Shown here one piece after another: positions 49,605 through 61,100 of a DNA stretch of 64,000 bases (its first letter is position 1; each line of letters starts with the position of its first letter). The position numbers were made by a program, and so were the translations under genes. The notes below the pieces were generated by a model, which was not told the DNA's origin, did not search any database, and was given only the letters and a program-made list of their open reading frames with translations. The DNA is taken from positions 2,004,730 to 2,068,729 of the forward strand of contig BDGG01000007.1 of the NCBI GenBank assembly GCA_001949185.1, written 5' to 3'. This DNA comes from Ramazzottius varieornatus (Eukaryota; Animalia; Tardigrada).

Positions 49605-51932
49605 TATTAAGTAGAGTCACACTACTTTTACAGTGATATCTGCACTACAAAATTACACCGCCGTCTTAAATAGCACTGGGCGTGCAGTGGAACTTGTCTG
49701 GAAAACAAAGCACAAGATGCGTAATGCCAGAATTTTGGAGTGAACGGTGGAACTTCATGGGTCATCCTACTTACAACAGTACAGCATTGCACACGTGCGA
49801 GAGACTAAGTGGTCAAACTTTTATTTTGTAGCGCCGAGCCTGAACGTCTTTTCATCAACGAGGATCAAGCAGTATTTGCGTGCAGCCAAGTAGGGTTCGT
49901 GATATGGGCAGTGCGTGCGGAAACCAGCACCTTTGCCGTTGAGCACAGGTCACCTCTAGGTCTGGTCTACGAGAGCGAAGCTACAATTGGTAATACAGTG
50001 AGATAACTATGGTTCTTGATAGACATATCTTTACAGTAGTTTGCCAGAGTGTTTCATTTATAGCGTTATTTGTAATTTTAGGTCCGTGGATTGTACGCGG
50101 AGACACAATTAATCCGGATACTTTCGAGCCAGCTTTAAGTGAGTCTATAACCGTTGGAAAAATGACGGGTTTATAGCAATAAAGTCATAGTGAACCGAGA
50201 TCATGTTATGAAGACTAGAAATGATTGTTGTTGGATTGCAGGCCTTTTTCTTCTGGATCCACGAAGTCCCCTGAAGCCGATCAATTCAACGATTACTCCT
50301 CGGAAAGTGAACACCACATCCGATTACGACGGAATGCCAGCCAATCTCCTCCATATTAAATTCTTCTTTCTGCAGAAAGCGAACTGCACACCAAATATAT
50401 GTTAACATCAGTGTTCAACAACATGTACATCTATTCTGACGAAAACCCATGAAGCTGTTTTATTGTGAAAAACCGGCGTTTGGCACGTTTGCTGTTCTTT
50501 TCAAGTCACCACGAGCTTCTATGTCATTGAATTTTTTGTGTTTTGGACGTATGGTCAGAGCACTATCTGATTTCGCTGCTATCCGTCCCCGGGAAAAAAT
50601 CTGGGTTCGGCGCACACTTCTGCACGAGAGCGTCTGTGTAAGTAAGCGTATGTACGAAGAGTTCGCTAGATTGCACATTTGTATGCATCACCTTTGCAAC
50701 CAATAAATCAATAGATAAATCTGTGTTGATTGATCCTGCCTTCAGTTTGATCAGACAAACAGATGCATGAATCTTGAAACCAAATAACAACGAAATTTTA
50801 ACAATCATCGTTGCTGAAGTGTGGCAATGAAATCATGCTGGGTATCGCTATTTGGATTCAGAACCCAACGGAAAGTCCAAAAAGTTATTCGAGCTTTGCT
50901 TACCGTCAGCAGCGGCTGGGTCCCGCAGAAGTAGAGTGCCGAAACAAACGGTGAAAGTATCTGGCAGGGAAAAACCTGCCTTTCCGTCGGTTGGCTATCC
51001 CCGAAGTGCTTTCTCCAAGCCTCAAAACGTTAAAAAGATGTTAGGTATAAACGAGAGTAGGGATCAGGATAGGGGTAAGAGAGGAAAGTAGAGGAAGATG
51101 GTCGGTGGCCAGAACAAACGGGAGCAGCCAAGTAGCACGGAAATTTCATCGTCTGAAAATTCTCAAGTCCAGAATTTTGCGCGTGCATTAGCCACCTACG
51201 TCCAGGCGCACAGCCTGCGCTCGACGACGTATGCGCCGGTTGAGTATAGTCCGCTCTGGCTACGGTGCGCGGCCCCAACCAAAGTGCGAAATAGACTTCC
51301 GTCGGTACTCAGATCGGGATTTTTTGTTCTTGGGTCACAATGTTCAGTCTCGACTCTCGACCACCAGGATATGCAGGAAACGTTTCCAACATGACCGACC
51401 AGGAAGAGTAGGAACACGCCCATGCGATCTACGAGCACTTTTTTCCATTTGCTTTCAAACCACTGTTTTGTTTATGATACCAGAACATCTCGAAATTATT
51501 ACACTTTGTGTAAAGTTTTGAACAACAGCAAGCTTTCCGCGGTGTACAAAATACCGACATTCCGAATAAACACTAAGGCGGACAGAAAAGTTTGTGTACG
51601 CATACGAAATATAGATTTTTGCGACAAAATAAAGGCAACTCGAGCACGTGATTCACCGCGATGGCTCAGAGTACCGTCAAAGTTAACAATGCAACCATGA
51701 GATGGTGGCGAACAAAGAAGCCCATGTGAACGCTGTCACCAGAGGACACGAGACTCGTTTCGCCTACGAATCAAACCCTTCAAAAACAACAAATGATTAA
51801 AAATTTGCGTACGTCTACAAGCAACGCTACTTATGTCTTAGTCTAACTAAAGTGACAACCATCCGGGGACTGTTTTACCTGCTACCGCAGTGGGCATGTG
51901 GAGGGTGTCCTCAGTTCTTCCATGAATTAATA

Positions 51933-52685
51933 TCAAGGGAAGACTTTACTTTGATCAGTTATATAAGGGCAGTTGAACCTCAACTGACCTTTAACTCCAA
52001 TGAACATCGACCGAATATGACAAACTTTGTTCCGACCATGAGGAATACGAAGGATAGCTTGAAATTTACAATTGGTATGCTCATCATCGGTGATGCCGCT
52101 GCAGACGTCCTTCCCCAGTGAGTCCTTTACGACAGTAGCGCCGTCCGGACTCGTATTATGAATAGTAAGGACCTCATGGCCAGAAACGGAAACCAAAATG
52201 TCCGGGCCGAGATTTGTCAGGTCAGCGATGTGGGCAAGAGGGACAGTTGTGTTCCAAGGTGCACCCATTTGCGCTGCATTGGAATATTTCCAGTACAATT
52301 TCAGACTGGCTGATTCGGTGCTGGACATTTCTGATGGGTTGCGGACATGCGAAAGCAAAGCGCCGATATTGAGACGAGTGCAGTTGAAGCTAAGAGTGGA
52401 GGACGGATATCTCAGCGTGGCTTCTGGCGATGGACAGGTCTGTTCGAAGAAATCGGCAACAGTCACCGCTTTACTTCCACAGGGAATAGCTTCGACGACA
52501 CCTGCAAAGACAGAAGGAAAAACCAGGCATCACTGCATTTCAGTTCGGAGGTGAGGCTGTCTGGGCCAATCGAAAACAAACTTCGTTCATGCCACGAACC
52601 AGATAGGTCTGTAAGATGCACTGCACATACCTGCCGATGGGTTTCCTTCGACACAAAGAGGAACCAAAATGATGCAGATCGACAT
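51933..52685 (-). CDS. Putative secreted protein of unknown function (2 exons), or the 3' part of the interrupted gene upstream
   Basis: A hydrophobic leader MSICIILVPLCVEGNPSA with a GTATGT donor and TTGCAG acceptor joins in phase to an ~190-codon Cys-containing exon ending SKVFP*. No family recognised. Confidence 0.45.
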
Positions 52686-52992
52686 TGCCAAAAGAACCGT
52701 TTGATGGTAAGACGACAGTATTTTCAAAATAGGGAATAAACTGGAGCAACTAATCGAGCCTCGTACTGTGGGAAAAAGACGGAAGGAGTGAACGGTGAGA
52801 TATGCGGTTTCAGCAGTGTAAATTGAAGGTAGAGAATGAGATGGCTGGGGCCGGTACAAGACGGATGAGGTGATAACTTTACACTGGTTCACCAGCCTGG
52901 GTTCTTCGAGGACGAGCGTCCACTGCACCATCATGAACATGGCCATGAACATGCCAGACCGTACGTAGCGATCAAACTTCCGTAATCTTCAG

Positions 52993-53852
52993 TCAATTAT
53001 ATCCATGATAGTACGCGCGGAAAATGAATCCCTGAAATATTTCGGGTGGTTCCCGTATGCTTATCGAAGCTACTATCGTCATGCCTGGGCCATAACGCAT
53101 GATGGTTCGAGGGACGTCAACGCCTGAAGAAAGCTTACCAACACAGGCGGCATCGCTCCCCGTTGTAGAGAGTTCTGCATAATTATACATGCCACCATCT
53201 TGTGCCGATAGATGTTTAGTAAGAGAACTCAGCAAGTCTTTGCCATGAGACTATGAATTACTCGATCGAGCTTTGCCACCGCCAGAAACTTAACACCCGT
53301 ATAACCAGGTACGTACACGACTTGGTATCTCTGGCGTCATCACGACGAATCACGATGGGTCCATCAGAAAAGTCAGCGAAAACAACAGACGACCTAGCTG
53401 CCTGGAACAACGATCTGGGGTTTTTCCCACTGGACAAATCCAGCGCATGGCAGTAGTCGAGCTCAAAGGCTGGAGGGGTGGGAAAGTTTTCGGGGCACAT
53501 GGTAAGACTCTGGTAGGGCCGTGTTTGGGAGGCCCGAAACTTCGTCACGCCTCTCGGAATATACTATCGGATCGAGTCAATGCGAACCAGCCAACCTACG
53601 TGATTGGTTTACGTTGGCGCGATCCGATAGCGCACTCCAAGAGGCGTGGCCAAGTTTCGGGCCACGCAGCCACGGCCCAATCAGAGTTTTACCATGCGCC
53701 CCGAAAAATTTTCCGACCCCTCCAGCCTTCGAGCTCGACCACTGGCGCATGGTACATCAACAAGGGCGCCCGTAGCACCACTGTGCTGACGGTCAAGACC
53801 AGCCACACTTTAATTCCTGATCCCGTCGTCCGATTCTCATAGTTCAAGAACC
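52993..53852 (-). pseudogene. Reading frame of unknown function interrupted by a hAT MITE
   Basis: Removing 53451-53744 plus one TSD copy restores ...KVWLVLTVSTVVLRAPLLMYHALDLSSGKNPRSLFQAARSS...TYLVIR. A further ORF-like segment lies at 52993-53235. Confidence 0.4.
53451..53744. mobile_element. hAT-type MITE (294 bp)
   Basis: About 60-bp TIRs starting CAGTAGTCGAGCTC / ending GAGCTCGACCACTG, with a perfect 8-bp TSD GCGCATGG (53443-53450 and 53745-53752). Confidence 0.93.
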
Positions 53853-54534
53853 TTCATGTAGGAAACACCTCGAACATCTCAAGCACGTGATAGGCCCTTC
53901 GGCTTGTCAATCAATCAACTGGTAATCGTCGAGGGTACGGACAAAAAAATAAGGGTCATTTTTGACTCCCCCTCCTACGTCACGCAACAGGTATACGGGA
54001 AAGCCAAAACGACCAGAACGAAGGCAAAACATCGATCTCTTGAACGCACCAACTGAGATCTCCAGTAAAAATTTTTTAGAAAAACTTTTCATATACCACA
54101 TACTTACTTTACCACATATCTTTTGGCCAAAATAACTGAACCCTGAATAACTTCCGTCCTCCCCATACGATTTCTATGTAACAAATTTCTACGGATAGTG
54201 TAGAGTTTGCTCTGTCGAATAAACATAGTACTGTGACACAACATACACGAATAAGCAGGAAGAGAAATCAGAAACCAAATTTGTTCGAAAAAGTGTGGTA
54301 CAGATCGGGTATGGAAATTTGTGTGATAACTCTTTGTTGGAGATCTCAGTTAGTGCGTTAAAGAGATGAATGTTTTTGCTTCATTTTGATTATTGGGATC
54401 AATTTTGATTGTACTGATCAGAAACAACACCGTCGTTGGCATAATGCTCCGTACATATACTTCGCATACTGTAAGCAACGCCACTGTCGTTGAACAACAA
54501 TCGTCAAGAACTGAATAAAGACCGCTATTATGTG

Positions 54535-56559
54535 TCATTGTAAGAAGACGATTTGTGGCTTCGGATCAAGGGCCGGATCGGAGCCAGTATACTTCTTTGT
54601 CTTGACCGAAACTGCGCTGATACACAGCGGCGATGGGGCAGCTGCATGGCCGGCCGCAGCCTTGAGCAACTGCCGAGCCCTCAAAAGCGACTCTCTTCCT
54701 TTGACAATACGACCCAGGTAGTAGACCACGCTTCCCGCCGAACACCTGTACAGCCCTTGCGATTTATCGCCGAAGATGAAAGTCAGTCTCTTCATCAAAT
54801 ATGCTTTCTCTCCAGCACCATTCATGACCCAGTCGGCCTGGCGGTCCTGCGTATAGCGGGCAATCTCAACCTCAACGGCAACGTCCCCGAAGCTCAGGTA
54901 GACACTTTGGAAGCCGTTGTCCAGCAAATGTTGTCGTTCGGCTTCGTCCATCGTGGCGCTGGTTTTGAAGTGGCAGGTGAAAAAGGTACAGCCGCAGGTT
55001 GGCCTCATTGTCCAGTCCGGCTTCTCCTTTAAAGGATCCCAGTCCAGACGGCTATGAATGATCTCTCTCAACTTGACCGAAACATATGTGATGGCATCGC
55101 GCTGTGTGCTCCTTCGTATGATGACCTTGTGCAGATCTTTGCCACTGTCCCTTTGCTGTAGGACTATGCTGATCAAAGCGGCGGCTCTCGTCCCTACGCG
55201 ACGCTTGTCGGGGAAAGGAGTTTCCCAAATACGATCGGCTCTGTCTCTAAAAGTGTCGTAGCAGTAGATTGTGATCGATTCCTTATCGGCTAGCGCGCCG
55301 TCCTGAAAAAAAGGAAGTAAACAGGAAGTGCTTCCCGCTGTAACGATGAGGCTTATTTGCAGCAGCAGAGCAAAGTAGCAGTACTTACTTCGGCGCCGGC
55401 TGGTCCCTCAACACTTTCAACGGCAGCCATGGCGGAATAGCGTATCAGCTCATTGAGATGGCCCATCCGGTTAGCCGTAGGAGACTGAACTGACTTCAAC
55501 CTCACCCATCTACGCACAGTGCAACACAATAGCTGGAGGTGGACCCGGCAATGTGCCCAAGATCAAAGATTGTCTTGACGGGCAATTAAGGCGGAAAATC
55601 ACTTGATGATATTGTACCGCACCTCACCGCAAAGTCATGCAGCACCTTTTCTCCAGGTATAGTCAGCGTGTCCCTCTTCAATACCTCTGCCACAGTCTTT
55701 CGGTCGATACTTGTCAAAATATCGTTGGCAGTCCTGATGACACTGACTGTGTTGACATCAATCTCGTACCACAAAGCTTCCAGTATGTCGACGTTTTCGT
55801 ACTCTGGTCGAAGTGCCTACATAGGCCTACATAATCTCTCTGGTAGTAAAAGCACAAACTTTTCGCGTTTGATCCCTTACCGCCTGTAGGTATCGCAAGG
55901 CCCACTTTTCCATCTCCTTCTTCGAGGTCAAATTGACATCGATCTGATGGAGAATCCAGTCACGGCAAATGTTGTACAGATAAGGGAAGCCATACTCCCC
56001 TGCACATCTCATCGTTTCGAAGGCCAGCTCAAAGTCAGCATCGAACTCTGCGGTGTCCACAACATCTGTGTAGGCATACCTGCAATAGCCGGCTGGTACA
56101 TGTCACAGCCACCATCAGTGCAGAAACATAATAACCAAGTTGCAGCATACTGGACCATGACAGTGAAGGCAGTCGGATCTCTGTCGAAGACTTCAATCAG
56201 AGTGGCTTTCTTGGGGAAAGGACCGTAAAATAACGAGAAGAAATATTCGCTGCCAATAGCTAGAACGTGTCTGCAAGGACCAAAATCCATACACCAGCGC
56301 GCATGCACCTTCCGCAATACACAGTCGCCAATACTGATTTTCATCGGCCTTTAGCAAGGTATCATTATATCTACCTATGTGCTTCAATAACTGCTTCCTT
56401 GACGTCCAGACTTCCCACTCTAAACTTGACGTCAAACGGTATGGGCGAATGCCGTAGCAAGTAAGCAGTTCGTTCTTTGACGGTTCTGCATCTCCCCTGC
56501 CATCCACAGCTAGTCGCCACCGCCACACGGTCCATCTTTTCCTTTGTAGTATCACACAT
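54535..56559 (-). CDS. BTB/POZ-BACK domain protein (BTBD1/2/3/6-like, divergent C-terminal domain)
   Basis: 'GWQGRCRTVKERTAYLL...FDVKFRVG...IEAHR|HVLAIGSEYFFSLFYGPF...DRDPTAFTVMVQ|YAYTD...AFETMRCAGEYGFPYLYNIC', BACK-like 'IDRKTVAEVLKRDTLTIPGEKVLHDFAVR'. Confidence 0.85.
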
Positions 56560-56877
56560 TCTCCCATGTAGCAATATCAATATCAACTACAGTACAAACA
56601 GAAATTATAATTAAGTGCCCTATATCTCCCTCCACACAGCCTAGCTGCTGGCAATTTTTCCAACGTTGAATCTGTATCCAAGGTATCGAGCGTCCACGAC
56701 AATCTCGTCACTGACAAAACAAAACATCGTGACGGAGTCCTCCAGGCCGTGCGCCGAGTTACAGGTACTAGGTTATTTCCATGAGGAACAAACTTTACTC
56801 TACACTATACAGACTGACGACTGAAGACGGTCAAAATGATTGGAAAATGAGCTGCCGCTCAGATACGTATAGCTGAG

Positions 56878-57120
56878 CAGTGGTGGCCTATTGAACTTTA
56901 ACTCTTTTTAGCATTTGGCAATCGAATTTCTGGCGGTTCCGAACCGTCAGCTCGGTTTGGGGTTGCACTAAAAACAGCCGAACTGAGCTTTTCGTTATAA
57001 TTCCTACTCGGTCCATATTCAAATTCATCCCGGCCGATTATCGGTTCGGCTCCCAAGCTGAGGCCAGACATTTGAATTTGCAAGTGCTAAAAAGAATTAA
57101 AATTCAATGGGCCACCACTG
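56878..57120. mobile_element. hAT-type MITE (243 bp)
   Basis: TIRs CAGTGGTGGCCTATTGAACTTTAACTCTTTTTAGCA / TGCTAAAAAGAATTAAAATTCAATGGGCCACCACTG, with 8-bp TSD TAGCTGAG / TGGCTGAG (one mismatch). Confidence 0.88.
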
Positions 57121-57350
57121 TGGCTGAGATGTGCATCTTGCGCATTTGACTATTGCCAAGGGGCAGCCCGACAAAGGTACGTGGCAGATACCTCCCACCA
57201 AATATGGTAGAAAGTCATCCCTTTAAGATTTGTTTCTACGGCCAGAATGAGAAGTGGGACATGAGTGGCAACCAGGGGTCGACCCGGGGTCCGACAGACT
57301 CCAGTGGCCGAGGTTGTGAGGGCAGGGGACCAGGAACCCGCATGAGAAGC

Positions 57351-57400
57351 NNNNNNNNNNNNNNNNNNNNNNNNNNNNNNNNNNNNNNNNNNNNNNNNNN
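57351..57400. other. Assembly gap (50 N)
   Basis: Run of N, flanked on both sides by GTCGACCC(C/G) motifs, which suggests a collapsed repeat. Confidence 1.
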
Positions 57401-58187
57401 CCCCCGCGTCGACCCCCGGTGGCAATTGGTTGAATCGATCCAAGGGCGAAGAAAATGAGCATGGACTGTAAAACGACAGTCGGTGGGGTTGCATTTGGTT
57501 GGTAGGTATTGCTGTTCGCATTGCAAATACGCCGCTGACAGGAGGTCGGACTGTTGCAGCGGCGGAAATAGGGCCTGCGCTTCCGTCCCTGAAGTCAGGA
57601 AGATACGGGGAAGATGTCAACAAGTTACAAGTTACAGAAAGCCAGTCCGAGTCAAACTACAGCTGAGCGAAGCTCAGCAGCTGAGAGCTGCTGAGCATGA
57701 GGGGATTACAAGATGCCCAGTTGCGCTACTGGTTCTTTTATTCAGCAAACCTTCTGTTGACGTTGTAAAATCTAAAAGAGAATGACTTGCCAAGGCAGCG
57801 TCCGGTCGTTTCGGGACATCTGTTCAGAGCTTTCAGAACATTCAAAGGCTTTGCCAAAAAGGTGAAGACATGGTCGAGGCACGAGCCAACCAGTATAATC
57901 AACCTCATATACGAGCGAAAGGAGCATCCTTTCGCTCGTATGAGAAGGTATGATGGAAGGTGGTAAATTCCACGCCATCCTGCTTCGTTATACTCTCGTA
58001 GCCTCCCATCACATTTCCCTAAGCTGGAAAACGTTTCGGCACTGACATTTCAACGGATTTGAACGCTGGTACCGTAGGCCAAGCGTCTATATAGCGGGCC
58101 GAGGCAGTGTGCCTCCTACTGGTTACTACGTCATACTCATTACACATTCATTATCTTGAAAAATTGTTCTCTCCTCCCTTGTCGATC

Positions 58188-61100
58188 ATGGATTTCTCTT
58201 CGGCTATGTTCCCCTCCACAGCCGAAACGTCGTCCACTGCAGAGGCTTCTTCCTCGACCTCTAGCAAGAGCCATTTTCGTCCTCTCCTTCCTCGGCCAGT
58301 ATCCAGCTCCACACAAAACTGGTCACCGCAGTTGTCGTCGTCGTCCTCGTCGTCGCTGGCAAGCCTTTCCAGCTCACGCTACTCCAACATATCTTCTGCT
58401 GACCAGAGCGCAACGTCAACCTCAAGGTCAGTATCCAGCTGTCGCCGGCTTCCCTCCAAACGACCATCAGCAGGCAGAGACTTTAAAGGCAACTGTACCA
58501 TCTGTGGACAGAAGGCTTCCGGTGTCCACTATGGCGCCACAGCCTGCGAAGGCTGCAAGGTAAGCCACCCAAAGTTCAAAATACCCATATGAACAGTAGC
58601 TCTTTGGATTTGACCAATCGAGAGATATAAACACGATAATAGGTGTCGACAGGCCTGGCTTTTTCAATCGGCCCATTCCGTGATTGGATGATTTAGTGAT
58701 TAAAATCACGTAATATTCGGAATTCAAGCGTGAGTGTACCAAAGTTCCAATTTACGCAAAACCTTGATTATCGGGGTGTCTTTGTCAAGTAAATTGGCGA
58801 TCTTTCTGTTTCTGTTTGTTACAGCTCTTTATTCTGTTCGACTTATACTGTTCTATGGTACATGATGCCAATCCCTTCTGAAAGAAAGCGTCTCATCAGT
58901 GATCTAGAAGAATGGGTGGTCGGACGGAAACTCATGAAACTGAACCTAGACCTTGCCGAAGCGGATGAGGAGGAGGATAGAGCAGACATCGCGACCGTGT
59001 TGCTACAACTTATTTGCGCCACTCGATATCTTCAACGACCCGAAGTCCTCAAGAGCACCCACTTTGTCCAGTATGTCCTTCCATTACTTGATGACGAACG
59101 CTTCGAACAAGAAGTCAGGATGTCCCGAGACGCGTTCGAGAGGATTCTGGGAAGAATCAGCGACCACAACGTGTTTCATCAGCATAGTAAAACACCTCAA
59201 GCTGACCCACGACTGCAACTTATGATCACCGCTTATTGTTTCGGAAGTTCGGGGAGTTCTGCGTCGCTGGGAAAGATAGGTACGCGCTTCGGTGTTTCAG
59301 AGGGATTCGTTGGTCTATGTACTTCCAGGTGCATTGAAGCTTTACTGTCGTTAGAGACAAGCGAGGTGACCTGGTCGAACAAAAACGAAAGGACCTCCAT
59401 CAAAGTACGTACATTTATCGTTTCATAATTCTGAAATTTTTTGTTCCTACTCATGATTTTTTTCTGCAGCAGGCACGTATTTTGGCTGATTCGGGATTTC
59501 CTGACTGTGTCGGAATGCTGGAGGGCACACTGATCCCGCTGGAGTACAAGCCGAAGAAAGACGGAGAAGACTACTGGAGCCATAAGAGCCGTTATGGTCT
59601 TCGCACCTGGCGAGTACCTGCTTGCTGATAGCGCTCACACCACGTCGGCCGTTACCGTCTCATCATACAGGAGACCTTCCTCACTAGTGGCAGATAACGA
59701 GCAATTCAATTTTCACCTTGCGTCCATACGAATTCGAGTTGAGCATACCAGAGGAATTTTGAAAGGTCGCTTCCCTTCTCTACAATCTCTCAGAATCAAA
59801 ATTTTCGACAGAGAAACCCATGAAAGAGCTGTCAGGTGGATCAAAGCTTGCGTTGTGCTGCATGATATGTTACTCAAAGACAGCTATTTTGACAGCAGCT
59901 GGACGAAATATCGAGAGCATATCACATCAGACTGGCCGCAAGAGTATGCAACAATCGATGGGAAAAGTTTCCGAGACAGCGTAACGGAAAGAGTCTTAAA
60001 CATCAGAAGGCAGAGATAGGTTTTCATTTGGTCATACTACTTTTCGCTAGTTCATTTTGCAGTGCTAATTTTTTCAACTCATATTCGAGGATTTCTTTTG
60101 TTTCTTCTCGTTCTTTTTCTTTTTCTTCCGTTTCAAATTGTCTTTGTAGTCGACGTTCCTCTCGGTCGGCTTCAACGTTCTGTTGCGCTAGCTCTAGTTT
60201 CTTCTCTTCCAGCATCAGTCTCTTCTTCGAAAGAGCCAGCTGATCCTTTGCCCCAATCTGTAAAGCTTCGGCAATACTAATCGGTTTCCGATGCTTTGTG
60301 TCGGGATTTTCTGCCGTCTTCCGCTCGATAGAACGCACAGCTGACTTTGGAGTAGTAAATTGAACCTCATCGCATGGCAAATCATCTTCATGTATCAGAC
60401 TGCTCAAGTCGACTTCCGGTGGCACAGTGTCGTTGTAAACTACTGGGCCACTTCCGCCACTTTCCTGTTCCCCTGAGCCTGCCTCCTCATCCATTGCTCC
60501 TAGACTGTCCGACGTGTGCGGCGGAACCATTGATGCCCGATCGGAATAGACTGGATTTAGTCTATTCCAGTAGGGACAGTGATTGCGCACGATACCTGCA
60601 AAAGCAATAAATTAAATTATCCAAGTGCAATGAGGTTGCGTATGATGTAATAAAATGGACATATAAAAGCATTAACGCAGAGCCGACGTCATCAACTGCG
60701 CAATTTGACGTGGGTAGGAATTTTACCTCGAGTTGTAGCATCGACCATCTTTTCCTCAGTAGGTCTCTCAGGATCAGGGTTCTGACAGCCGGAGCCAGTG
60801 CCACCTAAGAAGACCAGGGCGGCTTTGTATCCCCTCTCCAGGTTAACGATTTTGTTCTTCACCATCGAGCAGTCCCGCTGAACACCATGTTCAGCCAGGT
60901 AAACTGATATCTTGCGGTAGACCGCGGCCTTTGTCGTTTCTGTAGTCTTGAGCTTTCCCGTCAGGTTATTCTTCTTCCCGGCGCCTTTGTACAGCGCGTA
61001 GTTAGCAGGATCTTCAAGCCATTCAATAAGCTGTCCTTCCTGCTCAGTCGACCATAGTCCGTAAGTGCGAGGTTCGTGAGAATCGACTCCAGCTGAGGTT

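Noticed and set aside
57150-57623. ORFs spanning the N gap
   Set aside because: The reading frames stay open only because of the Ns.
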